64,000 nt of DNA from an uncultured archaeon (GTDB lineage: Archaea; Asgardarchaeota; Hermodarchaeia; Hermodarchaeales; Hermodarchaeaceae): contig CAYFXC010000007.1 of the NCBI GenBank assembly GCA_964347045.1, positions 10,549 through 74,548 on the forward strand, in the 5' to 3' direction. A model generated the notes under the pieces. That model searched no databases, was not told where the DNA came from, and was given only the letters and a program-made list of their open reading frames with translations. The position numbers and the translations under genes are program-made. Positions 19,174 through 29,340 of the stretch are shown here, piece after piece (position 1 is the stretch's first letter; the number at the start of each line of letters is the position of its first letter).

Positions 19174-19297
19174 TGGTAGCCCGGCGCGGATTCGAACCGC
19201 GGTCCCAAGGTTTCTCCACCATCTTGAATGTGGATCCAGAGCCTCGGATGATTGACCAAGGTGCATACCCCAAGTGAGCACTCTACACTACCGGGCT
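19174..19297 (-). tRNA. tRNA-Gln(CUG) with two introns: 15/16 (19259-19282, 24 nt) and 37/38 (19212-19235, 24 nt); CCA encoded
   Basis: Removing both introns gives a 76-nt cloverleaf AGCCCGG..CUCUGGA..GGUUCGAAUCC..CCGGGCUACCA; BHB-type central helices GUGU/GCAC and CUCU/GGAG. Confidence 0.92.
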
Positions 19298-19322
19298 TCA
19301 GCGAAAAAAAGTTCAAGTTGCC

Positions 19323-19586
19323 TTATTTAGTCTTTTTGCTTTTGGTTTTCTTCTTCGGCGCAGTTGGTGTTGATACCTTGGGCTCCTCTATTCGACTAAT
19401 TAACAACCCAGAATCGAGAAATATCATGAAATTGTGATCCTCATGAATTACTTGAAAAGGAACAGGATATTGATTTGCATCTTTAACTGCATCTTTGGTA
19501 ACATAAAATACAGCACGTGCTCCGCAAATGGGACATTTGAGAGCTTTCCAGAATTTTTTAAAAGATTTAGACATGCAGGATTTCAC
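19323..19586 (-). CDS. Small zinc-finger protein (CxxC...HxxH) with Lys-rich tail
   Basis: CPICG...YPVPFQVIHEDHNFMIFLD. Confidence 0.7.
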   Translation of the reverse strand: MKSCMSKSFKKFWKALKCPICGARAVFYVTKDAVKDANQYPVPFQVIHEDHNFMIFLDSGLLISRIEEPKVSTPTAPKKKTKSKKTK

Positions 19587-19589
19587 CGG

Positions 19590-20480
19590 TTACTGTAGCT
19601 TTTTTATTGCCTCAGCAATGACAGGTGCAACTGAAACATAACTTATTGCGGAGGGGACAGTATCTGTGCCCACAACGTCGATAGCACCAGCCTCATAAAT
19701 TCGAACAAGTGCATTGAGAACAAGGAGAGGATGCGTGCAAGCAACGTAGATATCTTTTGCCCCATTTTTCTTTAAAACATCAATAGCTTTGATAATCGTA
19801 TTACCTGTACTGATAATATCGTCGACAATTAGTACATCCCGATCATTGAGGTTCAATTTTCGGGGTCTAATTTCCACTGTTTCAGCATCAAGACGTTTCT
19901 TTTCAAGAGCATCATAGTCTACTGAAAGGGCATCAGCGGCAGTTTTGGCCCAAGCTCCTGCCTCAGCGTCGGGTCCAATGACAGCCGGATTATGAAGAGT
20001 ATGTATGTTGTTCATATGTTTAGCTAATGCACCCATTGCTGTCAAATCGTGTAACGGTATTGTTGTAAGAGTGTCCTGTTCAATAACGCGATGACGATGC
20101 GAATCTATAGTGAAGATATAATCGGCACCCGCAGCCTCAATTAGCCGGCTCACTGTTTTTAGACTAATAGCTTCACCGGATTCGAATCGTTCATCTTGTC
20201 TGGCATAAGCAAAATATGGTAAAACGGTGATGACGCGTTTGGCCTTTAGATCTTTGAGAGCATCAAGCATAAGAAAAAGTTCGATGAGAAAATCGTTGGG
20301 TTGCAATGCGAGAGATTGAACTACAATTACCTCTTCTGTTGCTACTTCACCTAGAAATCGAACATAGGTTTCGCCATCAGGAAAGTGCTTTACTTCGGTA
20401 TTCAAGTACTGAGCTTTGAGCGCTTGGGCAACATTCCAAGCGAGGAATTTAGAGGGGCTTCCACTTGTAACTATGACCAT
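19590..20480 (-). CDS. prs: Ribose-phosphate pyrophosphokinase
   Basis: FPDGETYVR, PYFAYARQD, GEAIS, VDDIISTGNT. Confidence 0.95.
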   Translation of the reverse strand: MVIVTSGSPSKFLAWNVAQALKAQYLNTEVKHFPDGETYVRFLGEVATEEVIVVQSLALQPNDFLIELFLMLDALKDLKAKRVITVLPYFAYARQDERFESGEAISLKTVSRLIEAAGADYIFTIDSHRHRVIEQDTLTTIPLHDLTAMGALAKHMNNIHTLHNPAVIGPDAEAGAWAKTAADALSVDYDALEKKRLDAETVEIRPRKLNLNDRDVLIVDDIISTGNTIIKAIDVLKKNGAKDIYVACTHPLLVLNALVRIYEAGAIDVVGTDTVPSAISYVSVAPVIAEAIKKLQ

Positions 20481-20571
20481 GGACAGTGTCCTCACGTGAC
20501 GATGTTTCTTACCAATGACTAGGTGCAAATAAGCTTAGTGGAAGCCAACAAAGAGCATAACTGTCTGTAGA

Positions 20572-21372
20572 TTACTTCGCAAGCATGTTTTCAAACCAGA
20601 GAACAAGTGTTCGAAGACCTTCACTGGAGAGACGTTGTGAATAGATTTGGACTGCACCCGTTGCATCCATTCGACATGCTAGTGGTCGACCGATATTATC
20701 AATGATTGGAGTAATGAAACTAATTGCATGAATTGTACTAGCGTTTCTTTGTATTTCTTTATAGAGATCTAACTTATCTAAATCACGCGCACGAATATTG
20801 ACTTCATCTAAAGTGCTCCCATTGAATTCTATATCTCGAAATACTGCGCGAACTAATTCACCAGGACCTCCATTTGAGGTTCCCGTAAGATATCTGATTA
20901 TCTTTCGCATTTTCTTATTATCGATATCAAACAAAGATAATCGTCCTGGATAACCAAGGACGGCAGAGGATAATATCCAAGTAGCAGCACTAACAGCACG
21001 ACGCGGGACATCCATTATGAAACAAAATCCTGTTTCAGGACGCCAAAGGATCTGTGAGGTTACTGAATAGGAAACCAGTCGATATCGCCTTTCACGCCTC
21101 CCTAGTTCAGGGATTTTTATGACCCGGTCATAAGTAAGATCCAACTCGATGAATTTTGATGAGGCTTTTTGACACTGTAACACCGCATTGGGTAGAAGTT
21201 GCCCAATCCGTCTAGTACTCATTCGCCCACGTTTGCGTACAGTGGATTCTGCATCTTCTTCATCAGATATGGCAGGACCTGCAAGGTCATCTATTGTAAA
21301 ACGTAGTTGAGTAAGCTTTCGCGTAACGGGGACAATGGCTCGGGTTTCAGTAATGTGGAAAGCCTGCACCAA
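20572..21372 (-). CDS. Hypothetical alpha/beta protein
   Basis: 266-aa ORF with GGAGG SD; no recognised motif. Confidence 0.75.
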   Translation of the reverse strand: MVQAFHITETRAIVPVTRKLTQLRFTIDDLAGPAISDEEDAESTVRKRGRMSTRRIGQLLPNAVLQCQKASSKFIELDLTYDRVIKIPELGRRERRYRLVSYSVTSQILWRPETGFCFIMDVPRRAVSAATWILSSAVLGYPGRLSLFDIDNKKMRKIIRYLTGTSNGGPGELVRAVFRDIEFNGSTLDEVNIRARDLDKLDLYKEIQRNASTIHAISFITPIIDNIGRPLACRMDATGAVQIYSQRLSSEGLRTLVLWFENMLAK

Positions 21373-21520
21373 TATACCTCCAACCGCCCTTTATAGGGTG
21401 CAACTTCTATATATTTGAAAAAGCCCAGATTTTTGTCGCTTTTTTTCAAGTCCTGTAGAATGAAGGAATGATTGAAAAAGCACAGAAGAGGGATAGGCTC
21501 ACATACCAGGAGGTCTATTA

Positions 21521-22279
21521 ATGGTTCAGAAAGACAGAGAAAAGAAACGAACCATCATCACTCCCGATGAGGAAGAACACCATCATGCTCATTCCCATGG
21601 CCATAGTGAAAAGCATACACATAGTCCTAGTTCTAAAACCGTTGATATATCGCTAGAAGAAAATTTCATGGAACGGAATAAATCAATAGCTCGTGAAAAT
21701 CGTGAATATTTTTCTAATCACGGTATTCGAACAATAAACATTTTGGGCAGTGTTGGGTCGGGAAAAACTTCGTTAATAGAAGCTATTTCACAAAAACTGA
21801 TACATCGGCGGAAAGAGATATTGGTTATTGCAGGTGATGTTACAACAACTATTGATGCAGATCGTATTGCTAAACATGGAATACAGACCATCCAGGTTAA
21901 CACAGGTGTAGAATGTCACTTAGATGCAAAATTAATTCAAAAAGCGTTGGATTCCACTGATCTAGTTACAACGAAAATTATCATTATTGAAAACGTTGGC
22001 AACCTCATTTGCCCTGCAGATTTCCCATTAGGCAGTCATCTGCGACTTGTTGTAGTCAGTGTGACAGAGGGGCCTTGGATGATTCAAAAACATCCAGTTA
22101 TGTTTCACGAAGCCGACATCTTAGTTATTAACAAAATTGACTTAGCTGAAGTTATGGATGTTGATGTCGACAAATTGGCACAAGACGCAAAAAACATTAA
22201 TCCGAATATTAAGATTTTCCGAACTAGTGTGCGAAACGACGTTGGCGTTGATGAAGTAATTAAACATCTAGGATTCTGA
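21521..22279 (+). CDS. hypB: Nickel-insertion GTPase HypB
   Basis: His-rich N-terminus, GSVGSGKT, ECHLDA, IENVGNLICPADF.LG, NKIDL. Confidence 0.93.
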   Translation: MVQKDREKKRTIITPDEEEHHHAHSHGHSEKHTHSPSSKTVDISLEENFMERNKSIARENREYFSNHGIRTINILGSVGSGKTSLIEAISQKLIHRRKEILVIAGDVTTTIDADRIAKHGIQTIQVNTGVECHLDAKLIQKALDSTDLVTTKIIIIENVGNLICPADFPLGSHLRLVVVSVTEGPWMIQKHPVMFHEADILVINKIDLAEVMDVDVDKLAQDAKNINPNIKIFRTSVRNDVGVDEVIKHLGF

Positions 22280-22296
22280 GAAACACTCTCAATTAA

Positions 22297-22701
22297 TCAA
22301 CCGAAGCCTAAAATCTTTTCAAGCCGTGCAGCAGTTCGCTTGAGTTCAAGTAATAATGGTCCTAACCGCGCATCTTTTTCAGTAATGAAGAGAACAACAG
22401 CTAAAGGGCCACTATATCGGAGAAGAATGTAACCCCGATCACATTTAACATAGATATTATCTAATTCTCCTTTTTTGAGATTCTCCATTGCCGTTGATCC
22501 AATAGAGAGCATGGAGGAAGCTAAAGCAGCTAATTCAGTTTCTTCAATGTTTTCATTAATAGCGCTAGCCATAGGGAGACCATCGGTGGAAACTACAGCG
22601 ACACCTTGAATGCCATCCACATTCTGTTCTGCTTCTCGAAGTATTTGCATTATTGCTTCCATTGGATCCTCAATTTCTGGTGGCTCGGTCATAGACAACA
22701 C
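22297..22701 (-). CDS. Roadblock/LC7 (MglB-like) protein
   Basis: GVAVVSTDGLPMAS..LAALASSML..GEL..IYV..GYILL..ARLG. Confidence 0.92.
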   Translation of the reverse strand: MLSMTEPPEIEDPMEAIMQILREAEQNVDGIQGVAVVSTDGLPMASAINENIEETELAALASSMLSIGSTAMENLKKGELDNIYVKCDRGYILLRYSGPLAVVLFITEKDARLGPLLLELKRTAARLEKILGFG

Positions 22702-22763
22702 AGATTACAGGCGGATATTGGAATTAACACTTGATTCAATCCTCTAAAAACCTGCGCTCGCCT

Positions 22764-23528
22764 TTAGGATTGACCTATCCACCCTAAATTCTTCACAGTG
22801 GGCAATAACCGTTCAGTAATAGGTAGCGCCACGAGAATACCAACCATCACTTGCATGAAGTTAAAAGGTAACTCTGCGATAGCGGCATATTGGAAAATGA
22901 AGAATTCGTAGAGAAAGTAACCTGTTATGATAACGAAGCCGCCTAAAAGCATCGCTGTAATATTCCAAGCAGCTTTCGGATCATATCTAAGCGTTAGAAA
23001 AATGGTCATTGATCCAAGAAAGATTGCAAGAATAAACCACACCCATGATGGAAGAAAGAAAGGAATTTCCCACCACGGACTCCCCCAAAGAGCAAGTTCT
23101 CCACCAAACCGTAGAACCCCAATAGCCCCCAAACAAATGGCCAATCCCAAACCCATTCCGATTCCAAGATATCTCAGCTGTTTAGGGGCAAATCGGTCTC
23201 TAAAAGCCCAAGTCAAATACCCAACAGCGAACCCCTCAAGGCCTTTAATTACTAAGGTTCCTGGAGCATATAGAAAATACCCAGTAGCAAGATCAGCTGT
23301 CATTGATCCGATACCTCCTGCAATAGCTCCAATGATTGGACCAAACAAAATGGCTGTGATAAAAACTCCAACTTCACCTAGGTTAAAGTATCCTTGAGTT
23401 GCGGGTACAGCAATCTGAAATGAGATGGTTAACACCGCAACCAACGCTGTCATTAAGGCAGTGATTGAAAGTAGGAGCGTTTTGGGCATTTGGGGAAGTA
23501 AAATTGAGGCGCTTTTCATTATTATCAC
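22764..23528 (-). CDS. ECF transporter S component with extra TM insertion
   Basis: MTALV, PATQGYFNLGE, FGP..GAIAGGIGS..ADL..GY..YAPGTL.IKG.EG, N.MQ. Confidence 0.85.
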   Translation of the reverse strand: MIIMKSASILLPQMPKTLLLSITALMTALVAVLTISFQIAVPATQGYFNLGEVGVFITAILFGPIIGAIAGGIGSMTADLATGYFLYAPGTLVIKGLEGFAVGYLTWAFRDRFAPKQLRYLGIGMGLGLAICLGAIGVLRFGGELALWGSPWWEIPFFLPSWVWFILAIFLGSMTIFLTLRYDPKAAWNITAMLLGGFVIITGYFLYEFFIFQYAAIAELPFNFMQVMVGILVALPITERLLPTVKNLGWIGQS

Positions 23529-23555
23529 TTCTGACAGCTACAAGACCGTTCTCAT

Positions 23556-24482
23556 TTATGTATATCTTGGTCCGGCAAAAGATAGCCCGGAAACAAGTAC
23601 CGAGTTTGGAGAAAAAAGATTATCAACTGATCGAACAACTGAATCAACAGCATCAATGTGTACCAGAGCATGAAAGGCATCACCAATCATGTTCTGTGTT
23701 GCACCGAGTGCCCCCGCATCCATGACTTTCTCTAAAACATCCGCAACTCGCTGAGAGAGAAAGCCCACTTTTTTTGCGAACCGGTTACAAAGGCTCATAA
23801 ATTTCACAGGGGTCGGGTTGACTAAAATCTGTTTTAGCACAGTTTGGCCATGACGATTAACGCTTCGTAAAGCCTCTTTTGAAAAAATAATATCTTTCTT
23901 TGAAATCGGAGCAAAACTAGCTGTCACTATTCGATATGATGGATCAAAGGGTAACCAATCCACACGGTCATAACCTGGTGCCCCTGGTTCCAAAATTAAA
24001 ATCATGCCACCACGGATAACGCCACTAACACTCCCCAACCCTGTGGCACAACGTAATTCCGCGAAATGCGCAAATTGTCCAATACGATTTAGCGAAAGAT
24101 TCATTCCTATAGCCCGACTTACAGCCATCGCTGTGCTCACAGCACCAGCTGCGCTCGCTCCATAACCAGCACCAATTGGTACTTCCACCCTATGATCTAC
24201 GCGGATTCGATAGTTATTTTTTACTCTGCTAAGAAGCAACTTGCACACTTCACGAGTTACCATGGCTTCCGGGGCTTTTTCTCCATTAATGGATACTATC
24301 AACTGATTCGTTTCAGCAGATTCAACTTCGACTTGTGTGTACACACCTTTCTCCAAAATAAACCCTCCACCTCTCGCCCCAACTTTACATGCGTTCACCA
24401 TTGTTTGTGGAGAAAAATTTGGAACATCCGCCTGAAAGAAGCTAGATATTCCTGCTGGACAGAATGCCGATGTAGATATCAT
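23556..24482 (-). CDS. Pantoate kinase-like GHMP kinase (paralog 2)
   Basis: AFCPAGISSFF, GARGGG, VPIGAGYGASAAGA, AHFAE..TGLG, PGAPG, QNMIG. Confidence 0.8.
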   Translation of the reverse strand: MISTSAFCPAGISSFFQADVPNFSPQTMVNACKVGARGGGFILEKGVYTQVEVESAETNQLIVSINGEKAPEAMVTREVCKLLLSRVKNNYRIRVDHRVEVPIGAGYGASAAGAVSTAMAVSRAIGMNLSLNRIGQFAHFAELRCATGLGSVSGVIRGGMILILEPGAPGYDRVDWLPFDPSYRIVTASFAPISKKDIIFSKEALRSVNRHGQTVLKQILVNPTPVKFMSLCNRFAKKVGFLSQRVADVLEKVMDAGALGATQNMIGDAFHALVHIDAVDSVVRSVDNLFSPNSVLVSGLSFAGPRYT

Positions 24483-24661
24483 ATAAGGTGAGCAACCGTT
24501 GCTACTCTTCTTTAAACTAGTGGCATAAAAAGATTATTTGGTTGAAAAATTGTATAAAATTTAAATAATTTAAATTTGCGTTGCAGAATATTTATTTTCT
24601 CATTCAACACCACGCGGTTATGTCAGGCTCTGTAACAGAAGAAGATGGGCAGGCTTACATC

Positions 24662-25585
24662 ATGAAAAAGATTCGAACATTTTCCCCCGGCCACATCACG
24701 GGTTTCTTTCAGATATGTGATGAAGCTGAAAAGCCCCTAGAAAAGGGATCGCGCGGAGCAGGAGTCTCAGTTAACAAAGGCGTCACAACTACTGTTAAAG
24801 TAAAAGCTGCTAGAAAACCATCAATTCATATAGAAATCAACGGAACCCCATCTGCTCAATCCTCAGTCTCTGAGGGAGTCATTACCCGTTTCTTTGAGTA
24901 TAGACCTGAACAGCATTATGATGTTCGTGTAAGTCATGAAGTCGAGCTTCCTATTGGTTCTGGATTTGGAACCAGTGGAGCAGGAGCCCTAAGTTTGGCA
25001 CTTGCATTGAATGAAATCTTAGAATTTGGGCTAACAGAGCTTGAGGCAGCACAAATCGCACATACCGTAGAGATTGAACAGCGTACAGGTTTAGGTACAG
25101 TGATAGCCGAATTGGCAGGAGGAATTGAAATTCGAAGTGTGGCGGGAGGACCAGGAGTGGGACAAATTGAGATGCTTCCATCGAATAATGAGTACATGGT
25201 TGTGTGTTTGCCATTCGGTCCCATTTCTACACCCAAACATCTGATTGATCCAAGTTCCCGTAAGCGCATCAATGAACGCGGTGGCCTATTAACCGATGCC
25301 CTTCGCGAGAATCCAACTGTAGCAAATTTCATGGATTTTTCACGAAGTTTCGCCGAACATATCGAAATCATTACTACACGCGTTGAAATGGTTCTGCAAG
25401 AAACTGATGAGGCAGGATTCACTTGTAGTTCGGCAATATTTGGTGAAAATGTTTTTTCACTTGTTCTACCGGAGCAGGTTCAAGAATTGACTGCGATATT
25501 TAAACGGCACAAGATTCCTGAACAAGGAGTTTTAGTAATGGAAATCGATTATGAAGGAGCTAGAGTCTTAGATGCAAAAAGATGA
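24662..25585 (+). CDS. Pantoate kinase
   Basis: FSPGHITGFF, GSRGAG, LPIGSGFGTSGAGA, AHTVE..TGLG, GGPG; heads the CoA operon; start uncertain. Confidence 0.88.
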   Translation: MKKIRTFSPGHITGFFQICDEAEKPLEKGSRGAGVSVNKGVTTTVKVKAARKPSIHIEINGTPSAQSSVSEGVITRFFEYRPEQHYDVRVSHEVELPIGSGFGTSGAGALSLALALNEILEFGLTELEAAQIAHTVEIEQRTGLGTVIAELAGGIEIRSVAGGPGVGQIEMLPSNNEYMVVCLPFGPISTPKHLIDPSSRKRINERGGLLTDALRENPTVANFMDFSRSFAEHIEIITTRVEMVLQETDEAGFTCSSAIFGENVFSLVLPEQVQELTAIFKRHKIPEQGVLVMEIDYEGARVLDAKR

Positions 25586-26360
25586 AGTTTCACCGCGACA
25601 TCCTCGAGCAACGTCTTTGCGTATTCGAGCAAAGCTTGTACACGGGTTTAAAATCGGAGTCACATCCCCCTTTGGTCTCTTTGCTCATGGAAGAGGAGAA
25701 GCCTTCGATTACCTTATTGGTGAAATCACAACGGATAACGCAAAACGAGCCATTAAGGCGGCGGTGGCTCGCCTTTTACTTGGAGAAAACTCAGTTTTAT
25801 CAGTAAATGGGAATGTTGCGGCATTAGTTCCGGAGGGACTGGTAAAACTTGCAAAAGTTTCTGGAGCAAAATTAGAAATTAATTTGTATCATCGATCAAA
25901 GGAGAGAGAAGAGGCTATTGCACGAGTTCTCAGAGACGCGGGTGCAAAGGAAATCTATGGTCTAGATTCAGCCTTCCAAGAAACTATACCAGAAATTCAT
26001 AGTGAACGTCGAGTAGTTGATCACCGTGGATTATTCATCGCAGATGTGACCTTCGTACCCTTGGAGGACGGGGACAGAACTGAAGGACTTGTACGATTAG
26101 GAAAACAAGTCATTACTGTGGATTTGAACCCACTTTCTCGAACCGCACAAATGGCGAGCATTACGATTGTAGATAATGTAGTTCGTGCGGTGCCACTATT
26201 GATCAGTTCGGCTAGAAAACTTCGGAAAGAGCCTAAAAAAGCCCTTCAAAAAATCCTCGATAATTTTGATAATAAACAAAATCTCGCTGAAGCGATTCAG
26301 CTCATAAATGAACGGTTGCACATGCTAGCAAAAACAGGACCTTCTGATATTGGGAGATGA
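25572..26360 (+). CDS. 4-phosphopantoate--beta-alanine ligase (PPS)
   Basis: HPR..SL..R, AHGRGEAFDYLIGE, SVNGNVAAL, VPLEDGDRTE, DLNPLSRT. Confidence 0.95.
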   Translation: MQKDEVSPRHPRATSLRIRAKLVHGFKIGVTSPFGLFAHGRGEAFDYLIGEITTDNAKRAIKAAVARLLLGENSVLSVNGNVAALVPEGLVKLAKVSGAKLEINLYHRSKEREEAIARVLRDAGAKEIYGLDSAFQETIPEIHSERRVVDHRGLFIADVTFVPLEDGDRTEGLVRLGKQVITVDLNPLSRTAQMASITIVDNVVRAVPLLISSARKLRKEPKKALQKILDNFDNKQNLAEAIQLINERLHMLAKTGPSDIGR

Positions 26361-27255
26361 AAGAATGGCTTTTAATCATGTAATTGTGCTTGGAGCGGGT
26401 TCAGTTGGGTCCACCTATGGTGCACTTCTTTCACAGAGGCACGACGTCACATTAATTGGAAGACCCGCACACATGAACGCTATCCGTCAAAAGGGCCTTA
26501 CAATTGTTGGGGACAGAGAAGGAACATATAAAGTTACAACTGCAACTGAAATCAAAGAGATTTTTCCTAAAACGCTTCTCATAATCACTGTGAAAGCCCA
26601 TCAGTTACATGAGACACTTGTATCAGTTCGAGAGCTAATTCGAAAGGATACAACAGTTTTGCTTTTACAAAATGGATTGGGAATTAAAAAAGTGGCTCGT
26701 GACGTACTAAAAGCAAGGGAGAAAGTTATACAAGGATTTGTTGAGTTTGGAGCCGAAATCCTTGAACCTGGGCGAATCCTTGTTAGTTTAGGCTTTACAA
26801 TCTTGGATTCAGATAAATTGTCAAAAGAGATAGCACAGTTCTTTAAGATGTCAGGAATCAATGTTGTAAATTCTGAAGACTTTCAAACGGATATGTGGAG
26901 AAAAGTAGTAATCAATTGCGTGGCTAATCCGTTAAGCGCAATTTTACAGGCTCCAACAAAGGAATTGGTATCACCCCTTCTAGCTAGTATTCGACGAAGC
27001 ATTGTCGAAGAATGTATTGAAGTAGCCCGAGCTGAGGGAATTCAACTAGATTTGAGTATTCTTGAGCGAATTGATGCTGCTTTTCCAAATTTTGAAAACC
27101 GAACTTCAATGTTTCAAGATATTCTACGTAGACGTAAAACGGAAATTCATTTTCTAAATGGAAAGATTGTAGAACTAGGAAAAATCCACAATATTCCCAC
27201 ACCAGTCAATGAAACACTTACTCGAATAATTCTATTTTTGGAGGAAAAAATGTAA
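26350..27255 (+). CDS. panE: Ketopantoate reductase
   Basis: VLGAGSVG, TVKA, LQNGLG, WRKV.IN..ANP, TSMFQD..RKTEI..LNG. Confidence 0.92.
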   Translation: MGDERMAFNHVIVLGAGSVGSTYGALLSQRHDVTLIGRPAHMNAIRQKGLTIVGDREGTYKVTTATEIKEIFPKTLLIITVKAHQLHETLVSVRELIRKDTTVLLLQNGLGIKKVARDVLKAREKVIQGFVEFGAEILEPGRILVSLGFTILDSDKLSKEIAQFFKMSGINVVNSEDFQTDMWRKVVINCVANPLSAILQAPTKELVSPLLASIRRSIVEECIEVARAEGIQLDLSILERIDAAFPNFENRTSMFQDILRRRKTEIHFLNGKIVELGKIHNIPTPVNETLTRIILFLEEKM

Positions 27256-28025
27256 TGAATACAGATGAGATACGCACAATGAAGAAAAAACAAAAAATCG
27301 TTATGCTCACGGCCTATGATTACCAGATGGCTAGAATTCTTGAAACCGTAAAAATTGACATGATTTTAGTAGGCGATAGTCTTGGTATGGTCTTCCAAGG
27401 CAACCCCGACACTAAACAAGTTACCATGGAAGCAATGCTCTATCATACGCGAGCAGTCGCCAAAGGCGTAAAAAATACTCTAGTTGTCGCGGATATGCCG
27501 ATTCATAGTTACGATACAGCAGAAGAAGCGCTAATTAATGCAAAGCTATTATGCGAGGTGGGAGCACAGGCAGTAAAAATTGAAGGAACCCAACCTGAAG
27601 TTGTTAAGACACTACTAAACGAGGGAATTCCTGTTATGGGCCATGTAGGACTTTTACCCCAGTCCGCGGAAAAATATCGTGTTCAAGGAAAAACCCCAGA
27701 ACAAGCAGATCAGATTTGGCGTGACGCATTAGAACTAGATAAGTTAGGTGTCTTTTCCATAGTATTAGAATGCATACCTGAATGGTTGGCAAGAAAAATT
27801 ACTAATGATGTCAAAACACCAACCATTGGAATTGGAGCAGGCAAGTATTGCGATGGGCAAGTTCTGGTAATCACTGAACTTCTTGGAATGGCTCGCAATG
27901 AACATATTCCAAAATTTGTTAAGCATTATACTGACCTAAACAAGATTATCGGTCAAGCCGTTTCAGAATTCATAGAAGAGGTTCGCAGTGGTAAATACCC
28001 AGATAAACAACATACGTATCATTAG
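27255..28025 (+). CDS. panB: 3-methyl-2-oxobutanoate hydroxymethyltransferase
   Basis: MLTAYD, LVGDSLGMV, ADMP, VKIEG, GHVGLLPQ, IGIGAG..CDGQVLV. Confidence 0.96.
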   Translation: MNTDEIRTMKKKQKIVMLTAYDYQMARILETVKIDMILVGDSLGMVFQGNPDTKQVTMEAMLYHTRAVAKGVKNTLVVADMPIHSYDTAEEALINAKLLCEVGAQAVKIEGTQPEVVKTLLNEGIPVMGHVGLLPQSAEKYRVQGKTPEQADQIWRDALELDKLGVFSIVLECIPEWLARKITNDVKTPTIGIGAGKYCDGQVLVITELLGMARNEHIPKFVKHYTDLNKIIGQAVSEFIEEVRSGKYPDKQHTYH

Positions 28026-28068
28026 AATTTGATAATTAGAAGAAAAAAAGAATAGGAACACGATTTGG

Positions 28069-29334
28069 ATGTCAATGGATACTCACCCCTCAAAGGACAT
28101 AATCGAAACCTTAAGCACAAAACTCCGAGGCAAATCTATTGTACTCTGCGTCACTGGAAGCATTGCGGCGGTACAGAGTTCCGAAATTGCTCGATTATTA
28201 ATGCGTCATGGCGCAGAAGTGGTGACTGTGTTTTCTGATGCGGCTCAAGAAATCATTCACCCACATTTGATGGAATGGGCAACTGGCAATCCAGTAATTA
28301 CCAAACTTACTGGAAAAATTGAACATGTAGCACTTGCAGGAGATCATGAAGAAAAAGCAGATTTGGTTTTAATAGCTCCTTCAACAGCCAATACTATATC
28401 GAAAATTGCGATGGGCATTGATGATACTCCAGTTACTTCAACGGTTACAACTGCCTTTGGATCAGGAATACCGATTATTATCGTTCCAGCCATGCATGCA
28501 TCCATGTATAGACATCCAATTCTCCACGAAAATATAAAGAAACTCGAGGAGCACGGAGTTGAGTTCATAGGACCCCGAATGGAGGAAGGAAAAGCAAAAA
28601 TTGCCACTCCCAAAGAGATTGTGGACAGGGTTCTTTCACGATTTGGAGCACAACATGACTTAGCAGGAAAACACTTTCTCATCACCGCAGGACCCACCCT
28701 TGAATATATTGACCCTGTTCGTATTGTAACAAGCAAAAGCTCAGGTAGAATGGGAGTTGAAATTGCTGCAGCGGCGTTTCAAAGAGGTGCGAAAGTAACA
28801 TTAGTTTATGGCCATGGAACTGTGCCTTCTCCTGAGAATATGAAGGTCATAAATGTTGAGACAACTCAAGAGATGTACGATGCAGTGGCCAACGAGTTAT
28901 CTATGCAAGATTATGATGTTGTAATCGCTGCGGCTGCAGTCGCAGACTGGACGCCAAAAGTTCGTCGAAAAGATAAAGTGCCAACTTCAAAAACAAGAAC
29001 ACTTTCGGTTACGTTTAAACCGACCTTGAAAATTGTTGATGCCGTCAAAAAAATGCAAAATTCCGTATATCTCGTTCTTTTCAAAGCGGAACATGATGTC
29101 TCAAATGATGAATTAATTGCAAGAGCCCATACACGTTTGATTAAAGCTAACGCTGATTTGATCGTGGCAAACGATATTGGCCGAGCGGGAGTAGGTTTTG
29201 GAACAGCTACAAATGAATTGTTTGTAATTAATGAAAAGAAGAAGGTTATTCACATTCCAAAGGCTTCGAAAACGAAGGTGGCACACAAACTCTTAGATAT
29301 TATTAAGAAACAGATTTTAAAGAAGAGAAACTAA
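28069..29334 (+). CDS. coaBC: Bifunctional phosphopantothenoylcysteine decarboxylase/synthetase
   Basis: VTGSIAA, EHV, APSTANT, PAMH..M, TAGPTLEYIDPVR..SSGRMG, AAVAD, FKAE. Confidence 0.96.
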   Translation: MSMDTHPSKDIIETLSTKLRGKSIVLCVTGSIAAVQSSEIARLLMRHGAEVVTVFSDAAQEIIHPHLMEWATGNPVITKLTGKIEHVALAGDHEEKADLVLIAPSTANTISKIAMGIDDTPVTSTVTTAFGSGIPIIIVPAMHASMYRHPILHENIKKLEEHGVEFIGPRMEEGKAKIATPKEIVDRVLSRFGAQHDLAGKHFLITAGPTLEYIDPVRIVTSKSSGRMGVEIAAAAFQRGAKVTLVYGHGTVPSPENMKVINVETTQEMYDAVANELSMQDYDVVIAAAAVADWTPKVRRKDKVPTSKTRTLSVTFKPTLKIVDAVKKMQNSVYLVLFKAEHDVSNDELIARAHTRLIKANADLIVANDIGRAGVGFGTATNELFVINEKKKVIHIPKASKTKVAHKLLDIIKKQILKKRN

Positions 29335-29340
29335 ACCATA

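Noticed and set aside
19075-19437. Short ORFs 19075-19281 and 19252-19437
   Set aside because: They overlap tRNA-Gln and real neighbouring genes
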